Shown: positions 47,049 through 57,624, counted from the stretch's first letter. The stretch is 64,000 nucleotides of DNA from a virus (IMGVR_UViG_3300044852_000015:96001-160000), one strand, 5' to 3'. Program-made: numbers and translations. The notes: generated by a model not told the origin, from the letters alone.

Positions 47049-49253
47049 TTAGGACTGTTTCTTATAGACGAAGCGAATACCGGCACATTCCAGGATGTGT
47101 CGCACGAACAGGTTGTTACGACCGTTGCCCACTGGGTGAACTTTACGGTCAATCACTGCCTGAATGTCGGTAGGCTTGTCAGCCCGCAAGAGATTTGCAA
47201 GGATCTCTTTACCCACGGTTGGGTTGTTCGACTGGTCAATAATATCTGCCCAGACATCGCCGCCACACGTGGCCGCACCCAAACGCACTTCTGCTTCACC
47301 AGTCATCCGTACAGGCTGTGCAGCCCCAGGGTAACTGTTCTTGTCGCCTTTGGTGATCTTGGCTGGAATGCCGTGGTGTTGTAGCTTCGGTGCCGAAACA
47401 CCTGACCAATCACCACCAGTCTTTTCCAGTACAATGATGTCAGCACCGCCAATCAGGATAGGTTCCTTCGTGACGATCTTGTTACCATTGATACCCCCAA
47501 ACGTAACCGGACCGTACACAGGTGGGTATTCCGCCCGCAGTTGGTCGATCATGGTTGGGTAATCCACTGGGGAGTTGTTAGGCATCCACAGGTAGATCCC
47601 GTCACGCAACACAGTCAGAACGTGGGGTTCCCCTTTATTGAGGTAATCCGGTTCTGCCATCACCTGCACCATCCACGGGGAGACGATGTGGTAGAAACGC
47701 AGCAGACGATCCCATGCCGCTTGACACTTCACCGGATCAAGGCGTGGGCCAATGGAACTGACCTGAGTCTTGAACAGGCTAGGTTTAGCTGCTTCTTTCG
47801 GTACGTCTGAACCGTCGTTAGCAAAACCGAACTCACGACGCAGTTGCTTGGTGAGGCGATCAGCGCAAGCGTTGATGTAGGGTTCGTACAGACAGCCCAA
47901 GTTCATACGCTTGATCACGGAATACGGTTCCATGATGATGTCCGCACGATTACCTTCAGCATCGACAGGCATCCGGTGGGCTGGCCACACTTGGCAGATT
48001 ACACCTTTGTTACCGTGGAACCCAGACAGCTTCGCACCATCAGTAGGCTGCGTTTCGAACTCGATGGTGATTTCAACACGCCAATCGTCCAGAGGCTGAC
48101 GACGGTGAGTCTTGTTCACTTGTTCCCCTTTAACCCCGTGTGGGCGGTTTACGTAGCCCAAGGCTTCAAAGATCAAGCGATGGAACTCGTGGCTCAGGTT
48201 CAAGTTCGGACCGTATTCCTTCTTGAGCTGCTTGTGTACGTCCAGAATCCGGTTGTAGAACCGCAGAGCCGCCTGATGATACTTGCTCATCTGACGTTCC
48301 ATACCTACCGGAGTTGGTGGGTTACGGTTGGTGTCGTCGTGGTGTACCACAATGTCCACTACACGGGCCCGTGGGGTCACGTAGGTGAGTCGGTCGTAGA
48401 CGTAGTCCACTTCCTTCAGTGCAGCCACCGACATCTCCACAGGCGCTAACAGAGGGTTGTACGGACGGGTAGCAAACAACAGACCATCAGCACGCACGTA
48501 GTCCCCAATGTCTGGGAACGGCTTGTACTCGTTGGGTTTGTTGGGGTCAGCATACAGGTTTAGGAACATGTGGTTCTTGCCTGCGGACTCCACATACTTC
48601 TTGAAGCCCTTCGCGGTGATCTTCGGCAGCACGTCATCGGCTACGATCACACCGTCTTCAATCACGCCTGCAAGTGACATGTACGCCACCTTCAGTTCCA
48701 GCGATGGAGTGTAGTTGCCGTGCTCGTCAATGTTCGGCGAGTCAGCTACTACAGAACCGGCTGGGATGCGACTGCCAGCATACAGCTTGGTGGCCAAGTC
48801 CTTGTTGAACTTGTACTTAAAGCCGAAGTACTGGTGGTTACAGTTGAAACGTGGGACCGACATCATCCCGACTTCTTTTGTTTCTGCATCTTCGTAGATG
48901 TAAATGGTTTCAGGGTTCTCCACGATGGAGTCGCCGCCCATGGTTTGTGGGTAGCGCTCGATCTCAGCGATGATGGTGACATTGCTGTCAAACTTCTTCG
49001 CAAAGGTAAACTTGCCAAACTCACGCTCAGTACCAGTCTGCTGGCGGCGTTTGCTGGCCCCTTTAATAACAAGCGCTTGTCCCAACTGGGAGTTAACCAT
49101 CTGCACACGAGAAGCACTGTTACCACGAATGTGAGTAATCATGCTCCCCATACCAGCGATCTCTGGAAACAGTTGGTATTCTGTTGCCATTGGATCTTGG
49201 TTCATGTAGTGCGGAATTGGGTTACCGCTTGCATCGACGGGTGTTTCGTTCAT
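47049..49253 (-). CDS. Non-virion RNAP beta C-terminal subunit (phiKZ gp71-73-like), uninterrupted
   Basis: NSASRVQM, IEDG, GAKLSGFHGNKGVI, RMP...ADII, KRMNLG, RMTGEAE. Confidence 0.9.
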   Translation of the reverse strand: MNETPVDASGNPIPHYMNQDPMATEYQLFPEIAGMGSMITHIRGNSASRVQMVNSQLGQALVIKGASKRRQQTGTEREFGKFTFAKKFDSNVTIIAEIERYPQTMGGDSIVENPETIYIYEDAETKEVGMMSVPRFNCNHQYFGFKYKFNKDLATKLYAGSRIPAGSVVADSPNIDEHGNYTPSLELKVAYMSLAGVIEDGVIVADDVLPKITAKGFKKYVESAGKNHMFLNLYADPNKPNEYKPFPDIGDYVRADGLLFATRPYNPLLAPVEMSVAALKEVDYVYDRLTYVTPRARVVDIVVHHDDTNRNPPTPVGMERQMSKYHQAALRFYNRILDVHKQLKKEYGPNLNLSHEFHRLIFEALGYVNRPHGVKGEQVNKTHRRQPLDDWRVEITIEFETQPTDGAKLSGFHGNKGVICQVWPAHRMPVDAEGNRADIIMEPYSVIKRMNLGCLYEPYINACADRLTKQLRREFGFANDGSDVPKEAAKPSLFKTQVSSIGPRLDPVKCQAAWDRLLRFYHIVSPWMVQVMAEPDYLNKGEPHVLTVLRDGIYLWMPNNSPVDYPTMIDQLRAEYPPVYGPVTFGGINGNKIVTKEPILIGGADIIVLEKTGGDWSGVSAPKLQHHGIPAKITKGDKNSYPGAAQPVRMTGEAEVRLGAATCGGDVWADIIDQSNNPTVGKEILANLLRADKPTDIQAVIDRKVHPVGNGRNNLFVRHILECAGIRFVYKKQS

Positions 49254-49311
49254 AAAGCGCTCCTAACAGGGTGGAGTTAATACAGGAGATCTTGGATGCA
49301 CGTACCCTTGA

Positions 49312-49347
49312 TCCCATTAATAATATAGGTTTCAAAAGCTTTTTAAT
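49312..49347 (-). promoter_or_regulatory. Early promoter variant upstream of nvRNAP beta-C
   Basis: TTAAAAAGCTTTTGAAACCTATATTAT. Confidence 0.6.
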
Positions 49348-49365
49348 GAACGTGAGGTTCTGACC

Positions 49366-49710
49366 ATGGCAATGCCAATTGAATCGTTGATGGTTAACTC
49401 GGGGGCGGCTATCTATTACGATGCTGCCTTCCGACGCGTTCTTGAAACCCATATGGGTCTTCTACGCAACCTGGCCTCAACACAACTGATACAGATCGAA
49501 GCACAACTGGCGTACAAGTACGAGTTCGACTTCTACGGCCTGTTGCAGGAAAAGGGTGTGGCTGAACACCTACACTGGGTTATCCTTCGTGTGAACGATA
49601 TGGTTGACCCGCGCGAGTTCAAAACCACGATGGATCGGCTGATTGTTCCTTCGGCTGAAGTGGTTGACTCCATTCGAAAGCTTCATATGACCAGCGCCAC
49701 CAAGCTCTAA
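49366..49710 (+). CDS. Small LysM-like/T4 gp53-like baseplate protein
   Basis: YKYEFDFYGLL...LHWVILRVNDMVDP...LIVP pattern. Confidence 0.5.
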   Translation: MAMPIESLMVNSGAAIYYDAAFRRVLETHMGLLRNLASTQLIQIEAQLAYKYEFDFYGLLQEKGVAEHLHWVILRVNDMVDPREFKTTMDRLIVPSAEVVDSIRKLHMTSATKL

Positions 49711-49758
49711 CAGGGACAAAAAAAGAAAGGGAGCGTGAGCCCCCTTTCTTTATGCCGC

Positions 49759-51087
49759 TTAGATCCCGTTCGGGAACATCACCGCTGGCTGGTTAAAGGC
49801 CTGTGGTTGGTTGAAGCCGAACTGCGGTTGTGCTGGTTGAACGTAACCACCGCGAGTTACTTGTTGCGGCTGTTGGAACGGTTGTTGGGGGTTACGGAAC
49901 AGCCCTGGTTGCTGGAACTGTTGTTGTTGCTGGAACATCGCTTGTTGCTGTTGCAGTGCTGGGTTGTGCGAGACAACCGAGTTCCACGACAGACCGCTAC
50001 CAGTCTTGGCCACAGGAGCTACTGCCGGAGCAGGTTGCTGGTTGAAGCCAGTAGGAGCTGGTGCAGGTTGCTCGTTCCACGGTGGAATGAAACCAGTCGG
50101 TGCAGCGGCTACCGCAGGTTTGGCTTCAGACTCACGGTCGATCACAGCTTGTGCGAACTTGCTGGTATCAACTTGTGGGTGCTGGTGGGCTTTGGCTGGG
50201 GCGCTGGATTCAGCACTGTCACCCAAGTCACCTTCGTTACCAGACAACGACGGGATCAGATCCCGGTACTGGGCCAGATCAGCAATGTGCTTCTCGAAGC
50301 CCAGCTCGATGTGCAGGTCCTGCGGATTGTCCAGGTGTTTCTTGAACAGGTGAGTCACCTTGTTCAGCTTGCTGGCAATCTTCGCGTAGCTGGTCAACAG
50401 TGCGTGCAGGTTCGGAGCAGCCAGGCTATTGCTACCGAAGGAGTAGGTTTCACCTTCCGCATCAGGCAGCACGTAGTTGAACAAGGCGGTGATGGCCTTC
50501 TTGTTCTTCAGGCTGTTCAGGTTTACGCCACAAGCGTAAGTCCCTTCCGACTTGAGTTCCTGGATCAGGGGGAAGTCCACTACGCACACGCGCTGGAACT
50601 TCTTGCCCTTGTACTCGCCACCACGCTTGACGTACATGTTGAACAGACGATGGTCACCGTCGATCGACACTACGTCCAGCAGTTTTTCCAGCTTGGTCAG
50701 CGTTTCTTCCTTGACGTTCGGGATCAGGTCAAGGAATTCGTTCTGCGTTGGCGAGAGCTTCTTGTGGTAGTCGTGGTCAACCGCGATGCCCATCAGTTCA
50801 GTAACCAGACAGGTGGCTACCGAGGTCAGACGGTTCAGGCAGGCAATCTTCAGTTTGCGGAACACTGGGGATTCGCCACGGATGATCGCTTCGGACAGCG
50901 GGTGGAACGCCACGGTGTTTGCCCAGTCCGGATTAGCCAGTACGTCATGTACCGGCAACACCAGACGTTTACCACTCACTTGCACCGGAACTTTGTGGCT
51001 GCCGATTACGAAGCTGATCAAGTGGTTGTCGTCGACCTCGAAGTTTACAGATTTCAGGATCGACTGATACAACTCGATGATAGTCAT
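49759..51087 (-). CDS. Conserved nucleus-locus protein (phiKZ gp70-like) with Q/P-rich disordered tail
   Basis: FHPLSEAIIRGESPVF; synteny; ATGA coupling to upstream gene. Confidence 0.6.
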   Translation of the reverse strand: MTIIELYQSILKSVNFEVDDNHLISFVIGSHKVPVQVSGKRLVLPVHDVLANPDWANTVAFHPLSEAIIRGESPVFRKLKIACLNRLTSVATCLVTELMGIAVDHDYHKKLSPTQNEFLDLIPNVKEETLTKLEKLLDVVSIDGDHRLFNMYVKRGGEYKGKKFQRVCVVDFPLIQELKSEGTYACGVNLNSLKNKKAITALFNYVLPDAEGETYSFGSNSLAAPNLHALLTSYAKIASKLNKVTHLFKKHLDNPQDLHIELGFEKHIADLAQYRDLIPSLSGNEGDLGDSAESSAPAKAHQHPQVDTSKFAQAVIDRESEAKPAVAAAPTGFIPPWNEQPAPAPTGFNQQPAPAVAPVAKTGSGLSWNSVVSHNPALQQQQAMFQQQQQFQQPGLFRNPQQPFQQPQQVTRGGYVQPAQPQFGFNQPQAFNQPAVMFPNGI

Positions 51088-52610
51088 AGTTGACCTTCCC
51101 AAGGGTTATGAATGTTGCCGCCAGCAGGTGGGACGACGAGATTATTGGATTGCGCGTGCTGATGGTGTTGAGCCATCCCTTGCGCCGCAGTGTGTTTGAT
51201 GTCCAGGTTGTTGGCCACGGTATCGAAGTCTTTCACCAAGCCGAATACTGCTTCTTGGTTATACGACATCACCGGTGCCGTCAGTGCATCAGCAAAGCCT
51301 GTGAAGCAATGCGGAGTCATTGGACCACCGTTCAGCGAGATGTTGACGTACGTCTCACCGAACATGTCCACTTGTACCGACATGTTGAACTTGGTCATCC
51401 GGTTGTTCGACAGGCCAACCAATACACTGCCGATCAGACGCTGCTTGAACGACTCGATGTAACGGGTCATGTCCATCTGCGCAAACGACAGGTAGTTCGG
51501 TGCGATGTCTACCACGTACTCGCCACCGAGGGTATCGTTGGTTGCAGTGAACATCAGGCCAATCAACATCAGTTCCGACATCAGTGCAGGAACTTCGCGG
51601 GCAACTGTAGTAGCGGCCATGCATTCAGGCGTAGCTGCTGCGAGGTTAGCCGTTTGACCAGCGTGGTGCAATTGCTGGGTGTACTTGGATTCACCGCCAG
51701 TAACAGCAGCAACGTGGTCCAACCCAGGACTGACCTGACACAGCGAACCGTACGAGATGCTACCGTCTTCGTTGAAGTTCAACGTCCGGCAGATCGCATG
51801 GAACAGCGGGTCTTCGTTGATCACCGACTCAGCCACGTTACCGATGGCGTAAGACATGGCATCCGCAGGAGTAGACACGCCACCCATTGCGTTAGTGACC
51901 GAATCCCGATAGTTGCTCAGGATCGAAGACATGTAGACGTTGGTCAGCTCGTTGCTACGGCGAGACTTCTTCGGCAACAGGTCAGCGAACAACAGACGAC
52001 CATCGGCGTAAGGTTCGTTACCGGATTGCATCGACACTTCCAGCACGCTGAAGATGTCTTCCGGGCGAGTAGCGTAAGCCACTTGCGATTGGTCTGCGTT
52101 GAAGCTTGGGTTGTACTTGCCGAACAACAGGTGACTGGAATCAATCACCGAGGAACGGACAGCGTTGCCATGACCGGCGTCGTACTGACTGTGTTGCAGC
52201 GTCACGGTGTTGTTGAAGTACAGCTTCATGTTCTTATCGAACACCACTTCATTACCAGCGATCCGAGTGTAGCCTGGATAGTCGGTGTAACCAGTGACGT
52301 AGCTGGTCAGGTTGGCACCCATCGCCTGACTTTGCACTTCCATCATGAAACGCAGGCGCTGTTCGCCCCAACCGTTTGCAATCTGGATACCAGTCATGAT
52401 GTCTGCTTTAGGGCGCAGGAGTTGACCAGAGAATGGAGCCAGTACACCCGCGTTGATGGTGCGACCGCCTTTGGTTACTTCTTGCAGGATCGACATCGAC
52501 TGGAAGTCAACGTTGTCACCGAGGTAGAACGGACGGAGGAACTGATCGCCGTAAGTGCCGGTAGGGCAGAACAGCAACTTGGTAATCTGGAAGCTTGCAC
52601 GAGGGTTCAT
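51084..52610 (-). CDS. picA: Phage nuclear import factor PicA/Imp1 (phiKZ gp69-like)
   Basis: 508 aa, directly downstream of the gp68-like gene; assignment mainly by synteny. Confidence 0.65.
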   Translation of the reverse strand: MNPRASFQITKLLFCPTGTYGDQFLRPFYLGDNVDFQSMSILQEVTKGGRTINAGVLAPFSGQLLRPKADIMTGIQIANGWGEQRLRFMMEVQSQAMGANLTSYVTGYTDYPGYTRIAGNEVVFDKNMKLYFNNTVTLQHSQYDAGHGNAVRSSVIDSSHLLFGKYNPSFNADQSQVAYATRPEDIFSVLEVSMQSGNEPYADGRLLFADLLPKKSRRSNELTNVYMSSILSNYRDSVTNAMGGVSTPADAMSYAIGNVAESVINEDPLFHAICRTLNFNEDGSISYGSLCQVSPGLDHVAAVTGGESKYTQQLHHAGQTANLAAATPECMAATTVAREVPALMSELMLIGLMFTATNDTLGGEYVVDIAPNYLSFAQMDMTRYIESFKQRLIGSVLVGLSNNRMTKFNMSVQVDMFGETYVNISLNGGPMTPHCFTGFADALTAPVMSYNQEAVFGLVKDFDTVANNLDIKHTAAQGMAQHHQHAQSNNLVVPPAGGNIHNPWEGQL

Positions 52611-52640
52611 CTTTTCTTCGACCTTCTTTAGTCAGGGAGA

Positions 52641-54161
52641 TTAGGTTGGGACGCGTTCGAGTATCAGGCGAGCCAACTGGTTCTTGATTTCAGCCGGGAC
52701 CACCATGTCGCCGTTCACAACGTACTTCGCTACATCGGGCAACAGCTCCTTAGGCAAGTTCAACGACCAATAACACTTGGACATTTCACTGGTCAGTAGG
52801 TTGATTGCACGGATAGCGACGTTGTTCTGACGATCCGACTGTGGTTTACCACTCTGACGCTGGGCGTAAGGGTAGCGTTCCATCAAGGCTGCGATGTACT
52901 CTTTGGAGACGCGTGCACGGAAATCGCCCGTGGCCAGTGCGTACTCTTCATCGTAGATAGCAGGTTGAGCAGTCATCAGCGCTGCCAGTTCTTTGTAGCC
53001 CCAGTGCCACAGCAACGCTTGAGTCACCCCAATCGTGCGCAGTAGTGCTGGTTTGCTCAGGCTTGGGATAGCCCGTGCAGACAGGGAACGAGCCATTACC
53101 CACTGACACAGAGTCATGTGGTGCTGGTCAATCCGCATGTTGGTCATTTGGGTAGCAATCCCCACGAACCCTTCGACTAACTCGACTGGTACGGTTGGAT
53201 CGACCTTTACCGCCATAGCAGTATAGTTCTCTGTATAAACAGACAGCATGATGATGTCGCCATTGGACACCTCTTGCTTGATCTTGTAGTTCTCAGCCGA
53301 AGACATGTTGTCCTCTTCAGCTTTCTCCGCCGCATTGCGCTTTGGAATGATGCTACCCGCTTTCCAGAAGTTCCGGTCGAGCGAGTTCAAGCTGGTGTCG
53401 ATCGTGTGGAATACGTTGGAGATCACGCTGGAGTTGTTATCCTCCACGGTCACTTCACCGATACTCACCTTACGTACGATCACCTTTGCCAACAACCAGT
53501 CTGGCAATTCAGTAGACCCCAACGACTTGAATACAGCCCCGTTAGAGACTTTCTCCAGTTGTGCGTAGGAATCAATGTACACCCGCAGACGATCCATGGG
53601 TGGGCATTCGTACAACCACGATTCGCTGATCAGCGACATCGCGTACCATTCCTTGTAGTTGTTGCCAACTTCACGGAAGATCTGTTCCACGTATTCGCCG
53701 AAGATTGGAACCATCGGACGGTGCGCTACCGACATCACACCCAACTGGTAGTAGTCGTCACGCAGATACGTTTTGTTTTGCGGTTTGTCGTCGTACTCGG
53801 TTTTGGTAGTCGTCGGGATAACTACCTTACCGTACATCCGCATCCACGAGGTGAGATCATCACTAGGGATGCAGCCGTACATTTCCCGGACCAGCTTGAT
53901 CAGACGTTTCTTCATCCGATCTTTGTCCGCCACAGTCTTGATGACTTCGTGGATTGCTACGTAGTGCGCCCAGATCGCATCCTGCTGGTGCGAAGGGAGA
54001 GATGCAAAGAATGCGTTGATCTGTGTGAACAGGTTCGGCAAGTCTTTGAAATTGTTCCGACGATAGATAATCGAAACGCCCCAGTCTAGAAACTCATCGC
54101 CGTGCACGGTACGGAGAGTGGTGAGTTCGCTAGGCTTTTCACTGATGTTATCAATACGCAT
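52641..54161 (-). CDS. nvRNAP promoter-specificity (sigma-like) subunit (phiKZ gp68-like)
   Basis: 506 aa, all-helical; position between the chmC-like and picA-like genes. Confidence 0.65.
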   Translation of the reverse strand: MRIDNISEKPSELTTLRTVHGDEFLDWGVSIIYRRNNFKDLPNLFTQINAFFASLPSHQQDAIWAHYVAIHEVIKTVADKDRMKKRLIKLVREMYGCIPSDDLTSWMRMYGKVVIPTTTKTEYDDKPQNKTYLRDDYYQLGVMSVAHRPMVPIFGEYVEQIFREVGNNYKEWYAMSLISESWLYECPPMDRLRVYIDSYAQLEKVSNGAVFKSLGSTELPDWLLAKVIVRKVSIGEVTVEDNNSSVISNVFHTIDTSLNSLDRNFWKAGSIIPKRNAAEKAEEDNMSSAENYKIKQEVSNGDIIMLSVYTENYTAMAVKVDPTVPVELVEGFVGIATQMTNMRIDQHHMTLCQWVMARSLSARAIPSLSKPALLRTIGVTQALLWHWGYKELAALMTAQPAIYDEEYALATGDFRARVSKEYIAALMERYPYAQRQSGKPQSDRQNNVAIRAINLLTSEMSKCYWSLNLPKELLPDVAKYVVNGDMVVPAEIKNQLARLILERVPT

Positions 54162-54185
54162 ACTGGCTTCCTAGTGGAGTACTGC

Positions 54186-54217
54186 AACTAGATGATATAT
54201 ACTTCAAATATCTTTGT
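54186..54217 (-). promoter_or_regulatory. Early promoter variant upstream of the gp68-like gene
   Basis: CAAAGATATTTGAAGTATATATCAT. Confidence 0.5.
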
Positions 54218-54310
54218 ATGGCATAGAGCCAACACATAGTCCTTCTATGGGGGATAGTGGACTTAGAGTCGAGCCAGGTCGTATTGACCCAGCTCTCCTC
54301 TTATCAGTAG

Positions 54311-55033
54311 TTACATCGGGAAGTCGTCGTCGTCGAAGCCGCCAGCCTGGGTCTGGTTGCCACCGCCTTCGTTACGCTGTTTCCAGCCACCACCATCACC
54401 GCCACCTTGGCGCTGTTGTTGTGGACGCTGTTGTTGACCGCCACCACCGTTGAAGTCTTTCTTGACCGGCTCAACGTACTCTTTCACCGCCACGGCTGCC
54501 ATCATGTTTTGCAACATTGCACGGTAGCCACGCAGGAAGTAGTTGGACGCTGCACGCTTGTCCAGCGGATTGCCGTCGGTGCCAATCATGGCGTGGTAGT
54601 TCGATGGCAGCAGGTTGAACTTCAGATACGGACGATCTTTCGCCACAACGGCCAGGAACAGGCAGCCTTCTTTGTCACGACCGACGCAGGTAGTGGAAAC
54701 CAGCTTCGGTTGATCGGAACGCTTGCCTTCGAAGAAGGTGTGGTTCAGGTTCTGGATTTTCAGCACCATGCCGTCTTCCAGGGTCAACGCGTCTTGCATC
54801 GCTTCGAGCAACATGTAGAACGTTGGCATGTCCATCGCGGCGCGGATGTTACCGTTCATCTTGTCGTTCGGGACGTTGGTGTACACGTCGATGCGCGGGT
54901 TGTTGGATACCAGCGAGATCGCGAACGAGCCAGGCTTTTGTGCGCCCTGTGCTGGTGGGCAAGACAGACGCAGTTTGAATTCATCCAATGCGTTCTTGGC
55001 GCGAGGTGGGGCTTGAAATTGTGGACCGGCCAT
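54311..55033 (-). CDS. chmC: Nucleus-associated RNA/ssDNA-binding protein ChmC (phiKZ gp67-like)
   Basis: 240 aa alpha/beta core plus G/Q-rich tail ending FDDDDFPM; synteny. Confidence 0.65.
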   Translation of the reverse strand: MAGPQFQAPPRAKNALDEFKLRLSCPPAQGAQKPGSFAISLVSNNPRIDVYTNVPNDKMNGNIRAAMDMPTFYMLLEAMQDALTLEDGMVLKIQNLNHTFFEGKRSDQPKLVSTTCVGRDKEGCLFLAVVAKDRPYLKFNLLPSNYHAMIGTDGNPLDKRAASNYFLRGYRAMLQNMMAAVAVKEYVEPVKKDFNGGGGQQQRPQQQRQGGGDGGGWKQRNEGGGNQTQAGGFDDDDFPM

Positions 55034-55101
55034 TTTGAATCTCCAGAACTTTTGTTTCGTACAAATTATGGGAGTTCCCCGTATTTCAATACAGGGAGTC
55101 G

Positions 55102-55953
55102 TTAAAACATCGAGAGAATGATACCTTTAAAGACCGGATGAAGTGGTTCAGCTTTGATGTCTGACTTCATCTTGTCCAGCGACGTCGTAGGATTCCAACG
55201 GCGGGCTTCGGCTAACTCAATGATCTGTTTCTTTTCCTTTGCAGGAAAGGTGCTAAAATGAACCCCATCACCAAAGAACTGTAACGTTACGTGGTTGAAA
55301 GGCATTCTCGCTAGGTCCTTACCCCCGGTCAGTTTACTGTTCCAGGAAGTGTAGGACTTCACCTTGCCTGTGTGTGACTCTAACAGGCGAAGTTTGGTGA
55401 AGTTGTAGCGGGACAACAAATCCACAGGCATGTGGGTGATGATCAAAGCATCGGAGTTGTTCCCGTTGAGTTTCAGGTCAGACATCACAACAGGACGATC
55501 CTGCATGACGTCAGCCAATTTCCGAATCACGTCGTCCTCCAAACCACGAAGGAACAATTGCTTTTCAGTCTTCAGCTCCCTATGAAAGCAGTGCGGGTAT
55601 TCGCGCATGATGCTTTTATAAGACTGACAATAAATAACCACCAAACAACCGCCATGGGTGTAACGATCCACAGCGGCTTGGATGATCTGGATTTCTGCGG
55701 TTATTGCATCCACCAGAGGATCGGGGAACACCCGGTTATGGTCAGCCGTCGGGATGGCGCCAAGGATGTTCCTTATTAATGTACGCACGTTGATCCAAAG
55801 CGCATTCGCACTGAGGATCGGGGGTTTCGCTTTATGCTCAGGCATTTCTTCCGAAATACCAAAAGCACTTTCCAACGCTAAAGCCGTAGCAATGGAAACG
55901 GGGACTTGCGTCCCCACCTCACGATCAGCTAGGACTTGGTAGTACTTGTCCAT
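55102..55953 (-). CDS. Conserved protein, possible PIN/5'-3' nuclease fold (phiKZ gp66-like)
   Basis: LWINVRTLIRN, IITHMPVDLL, LLESHTG. Confidence 0.5.
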   Translation of the reverse strand: MDKYYQVLADREVGTQVPVSIATALALESAFGISEEMPEHKAKPPILSANALWINVRTLIRNILGAIPTADHNRVFPDPLVDAITAEIQIIQAAVDRYTHGGCLVVIYCQSYKSIMREYPHCFHRELKTEKQLFLRGLEDDVIRKLADVMQDRPVVMSDLKLNGNNSDALIITHMPVDLLSRYNFTKLRLLESHTGKVKSYTSWNSKLTGGKDLARMPFNHVTLQFFGDGVHFSTFPAKEKKQIIELAEARRWNPTTSLDKMKSDIKAEPLHPVFKGIILSMF

Positions 55954-57061
55954 TCAACAACTCCTGAGTGGCTGCGATCAGCACGGGATCGTCAGTACGT
56001 TCCCGAACGCGTTTCATGACCATCTCAATAATATTGTCGGGCGTGATAGCAGCCGGAGTAAACGGTGTGATGATCGCGGAAACGGCTTCCCGGTTAATCT
56101 TCTCTCCGCCTACAGTTTTCTGAGTGAGCCAATGTAACCTGTAACGATCCGTGACTTCCTTGAAACCCACCAGTATCGGTGCACCTTTCTCGGCGATGAC
56201 CCGCACATGACTATCAATAGGCATGGTGTTGATCAAGTCGTCGATCTTGGTAAGCGAGTCCTCCAGATTCAAGCCGGTACAATCCGCAGACTTATACAGC
56301 TTCGACCCTTCGTTCACAATGAAGCGAATCTCGTGGTCTAGGTTGTCCCGGTCTACAACCACACGGTAATGACCTTTGTCTTCTTCTTCACCATGTGTCA
56401 AGCGATCGAAGGAACCAGCAGCCAGAATGTTACCGTACTGAGAACGCTTGTGGATGTGGCCACCGAATACAAAGTACTTGGTGATCTCCATATAACGCTC
56501 AGGGATATGCGTTGGAACTGGAACGTGAGACGGGAGCTGGTAGTTGAACGCACCGTGTAACACAGTGAAGTCCACCTGCGTCAAACCCTTCTCATGCAAT
56601 TCCTTACATACGTCTTTCCAGACATCATCCGTCTCGTGTTTCCATTCGTCTGGGACGTACAGAACATTGATACCGAAACGTTCGATGTGTTCAATCGACA
56701 GGGACTCTACCCACTTGATGTCGCAGCCTATATTAGCTACTTCGTTCTCGGTGATAAAGTGTACCGATTGTTTCCAGTCGTGTGAGGGAGTGCCTTCCAG
56801 AATCCTGACAACAATGTCCCTACGCTTACACATGTGGAGGAACAGAAACATCCACCGACGGATCAGCGCAATGTTTGGATCGGGGTACATCGTCAACCGA
56901 TCAAACAGATCACCAGCAATGATGATTAGATCCAACTCACCTGTCTCAGCGTTATCAGGGAACGCCTTTTGCAGGTTCTTCAGAATGTGATCGGTTGAGG
57001 TCTTGTTGTGTAGAAGGTGAACATCCCCCAGCTCACCTATCCGCAACTTACGCCAGGTCAT
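55925..57061 (-). CDS. SbcD/Mre11-like metallophosphoesterase nuclease
   Basis: GDVH, AGDLFD, GTPSHD, LHG, GHIH, GSFDRL. Confidence 0.9.
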   Translation of the reverse strand: MTWRKLRIGELGDVHLLHNKTSTDHILKNLQKAFPDNAETGELDLIIIAGDLFDRLTMYPDPNIALIRRWMFLFLHMCKRRDIVVRILEGTPSHDWKQSVHFITENEVANIGCDIKWVESLSIEHIERFGINVLYVPDEWKHETDDVWKDVCKELHEKGLTQVDFTVLHGAFNYQLPSHVPVPTHIPERYMEITKYFVFGGHIHKRSQYGNILAAGSFDRLTHGEEEDKGHYRVVVDRDNLDHEIRFIVNEGSKLYKSADCTGLNLEDSLTKIDDLINTMPIDSHVRVIAEKGAPILVGFKEVTDRYRLHWLTQKTVGGEKINREAVSAIITPFTPAAITPDNIIEMVMKRVRERTDDPVLIAATQELLNGQVLPSPS

Positions 57062-57608
57062 AGTCGTCCGAAAGGAAATTACCCGTGTCCAACGGCGCAG
57101 CAGCCGGTTTAGTGGCCGCTTCTGCAACTTGCTCAGCAGTGTCTGTGAAGCCCGTCACGTTGTAGTACTTGAAGACGATACGCCACTCTTCGATCTCTTT
57201 CGGATCGAGCACGTTGTCCTTCACACGCCCTACCAGCACGTTCTTCAGGTAACGCTGACCGAGTTTCGGTACAATGTCATCCTTCTGCATCGCTTTGGAG
57301 ATGTGTTCGAACATGCTGTCACGAGACCCACGCGCTTTGTGCAGGTTCATGGAGCGGCCAATTGCTGGACACTTGAACAGGAACTCGTTACCACGCCAGA
57401 CCGTGATCGGACGTTGTACGGAATCGCTGTGACGCAACCAAGGCTCGTAAGACTTGATAGGTTCCCGGCTGATAATCATCGGGAGAATCGTGGTACGGAA
57501 AACATCTTCCTGTACTCGGGGTAGATCTTCTTCGAATGCTTTTGCCAATACTTCGAACGCGTTTTTAACTTCGTCTGTATTGGGTACCGGTGCGCTTAGT
57601 GGGTTCAT
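57048..57608 (-). CDS. Conserved hypothetical protein
   Basis: 186 aa; GGAGG SD. Confidence 0.65.
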   Translation of the reverse strand: MNPLSAPVPNTDEVKNAFEVLAKAFEEDLPRVQEDVFRTTILPMIISREPIKSYEPWLRHSDSVQRPITVWRGNEFLFKCPAIGRSMNLHKARGSRDSMFEHISKAMQKDDIVPKLGQRYLKNVLVGRVKDNVLDPKEIEEWRIVFKYYNVTGFTDTAEQVAEAATKPAAAPLDTGNFLSDDYDLA

Positions 57609-57624
57609 TAGTTATTTCCTCCTA

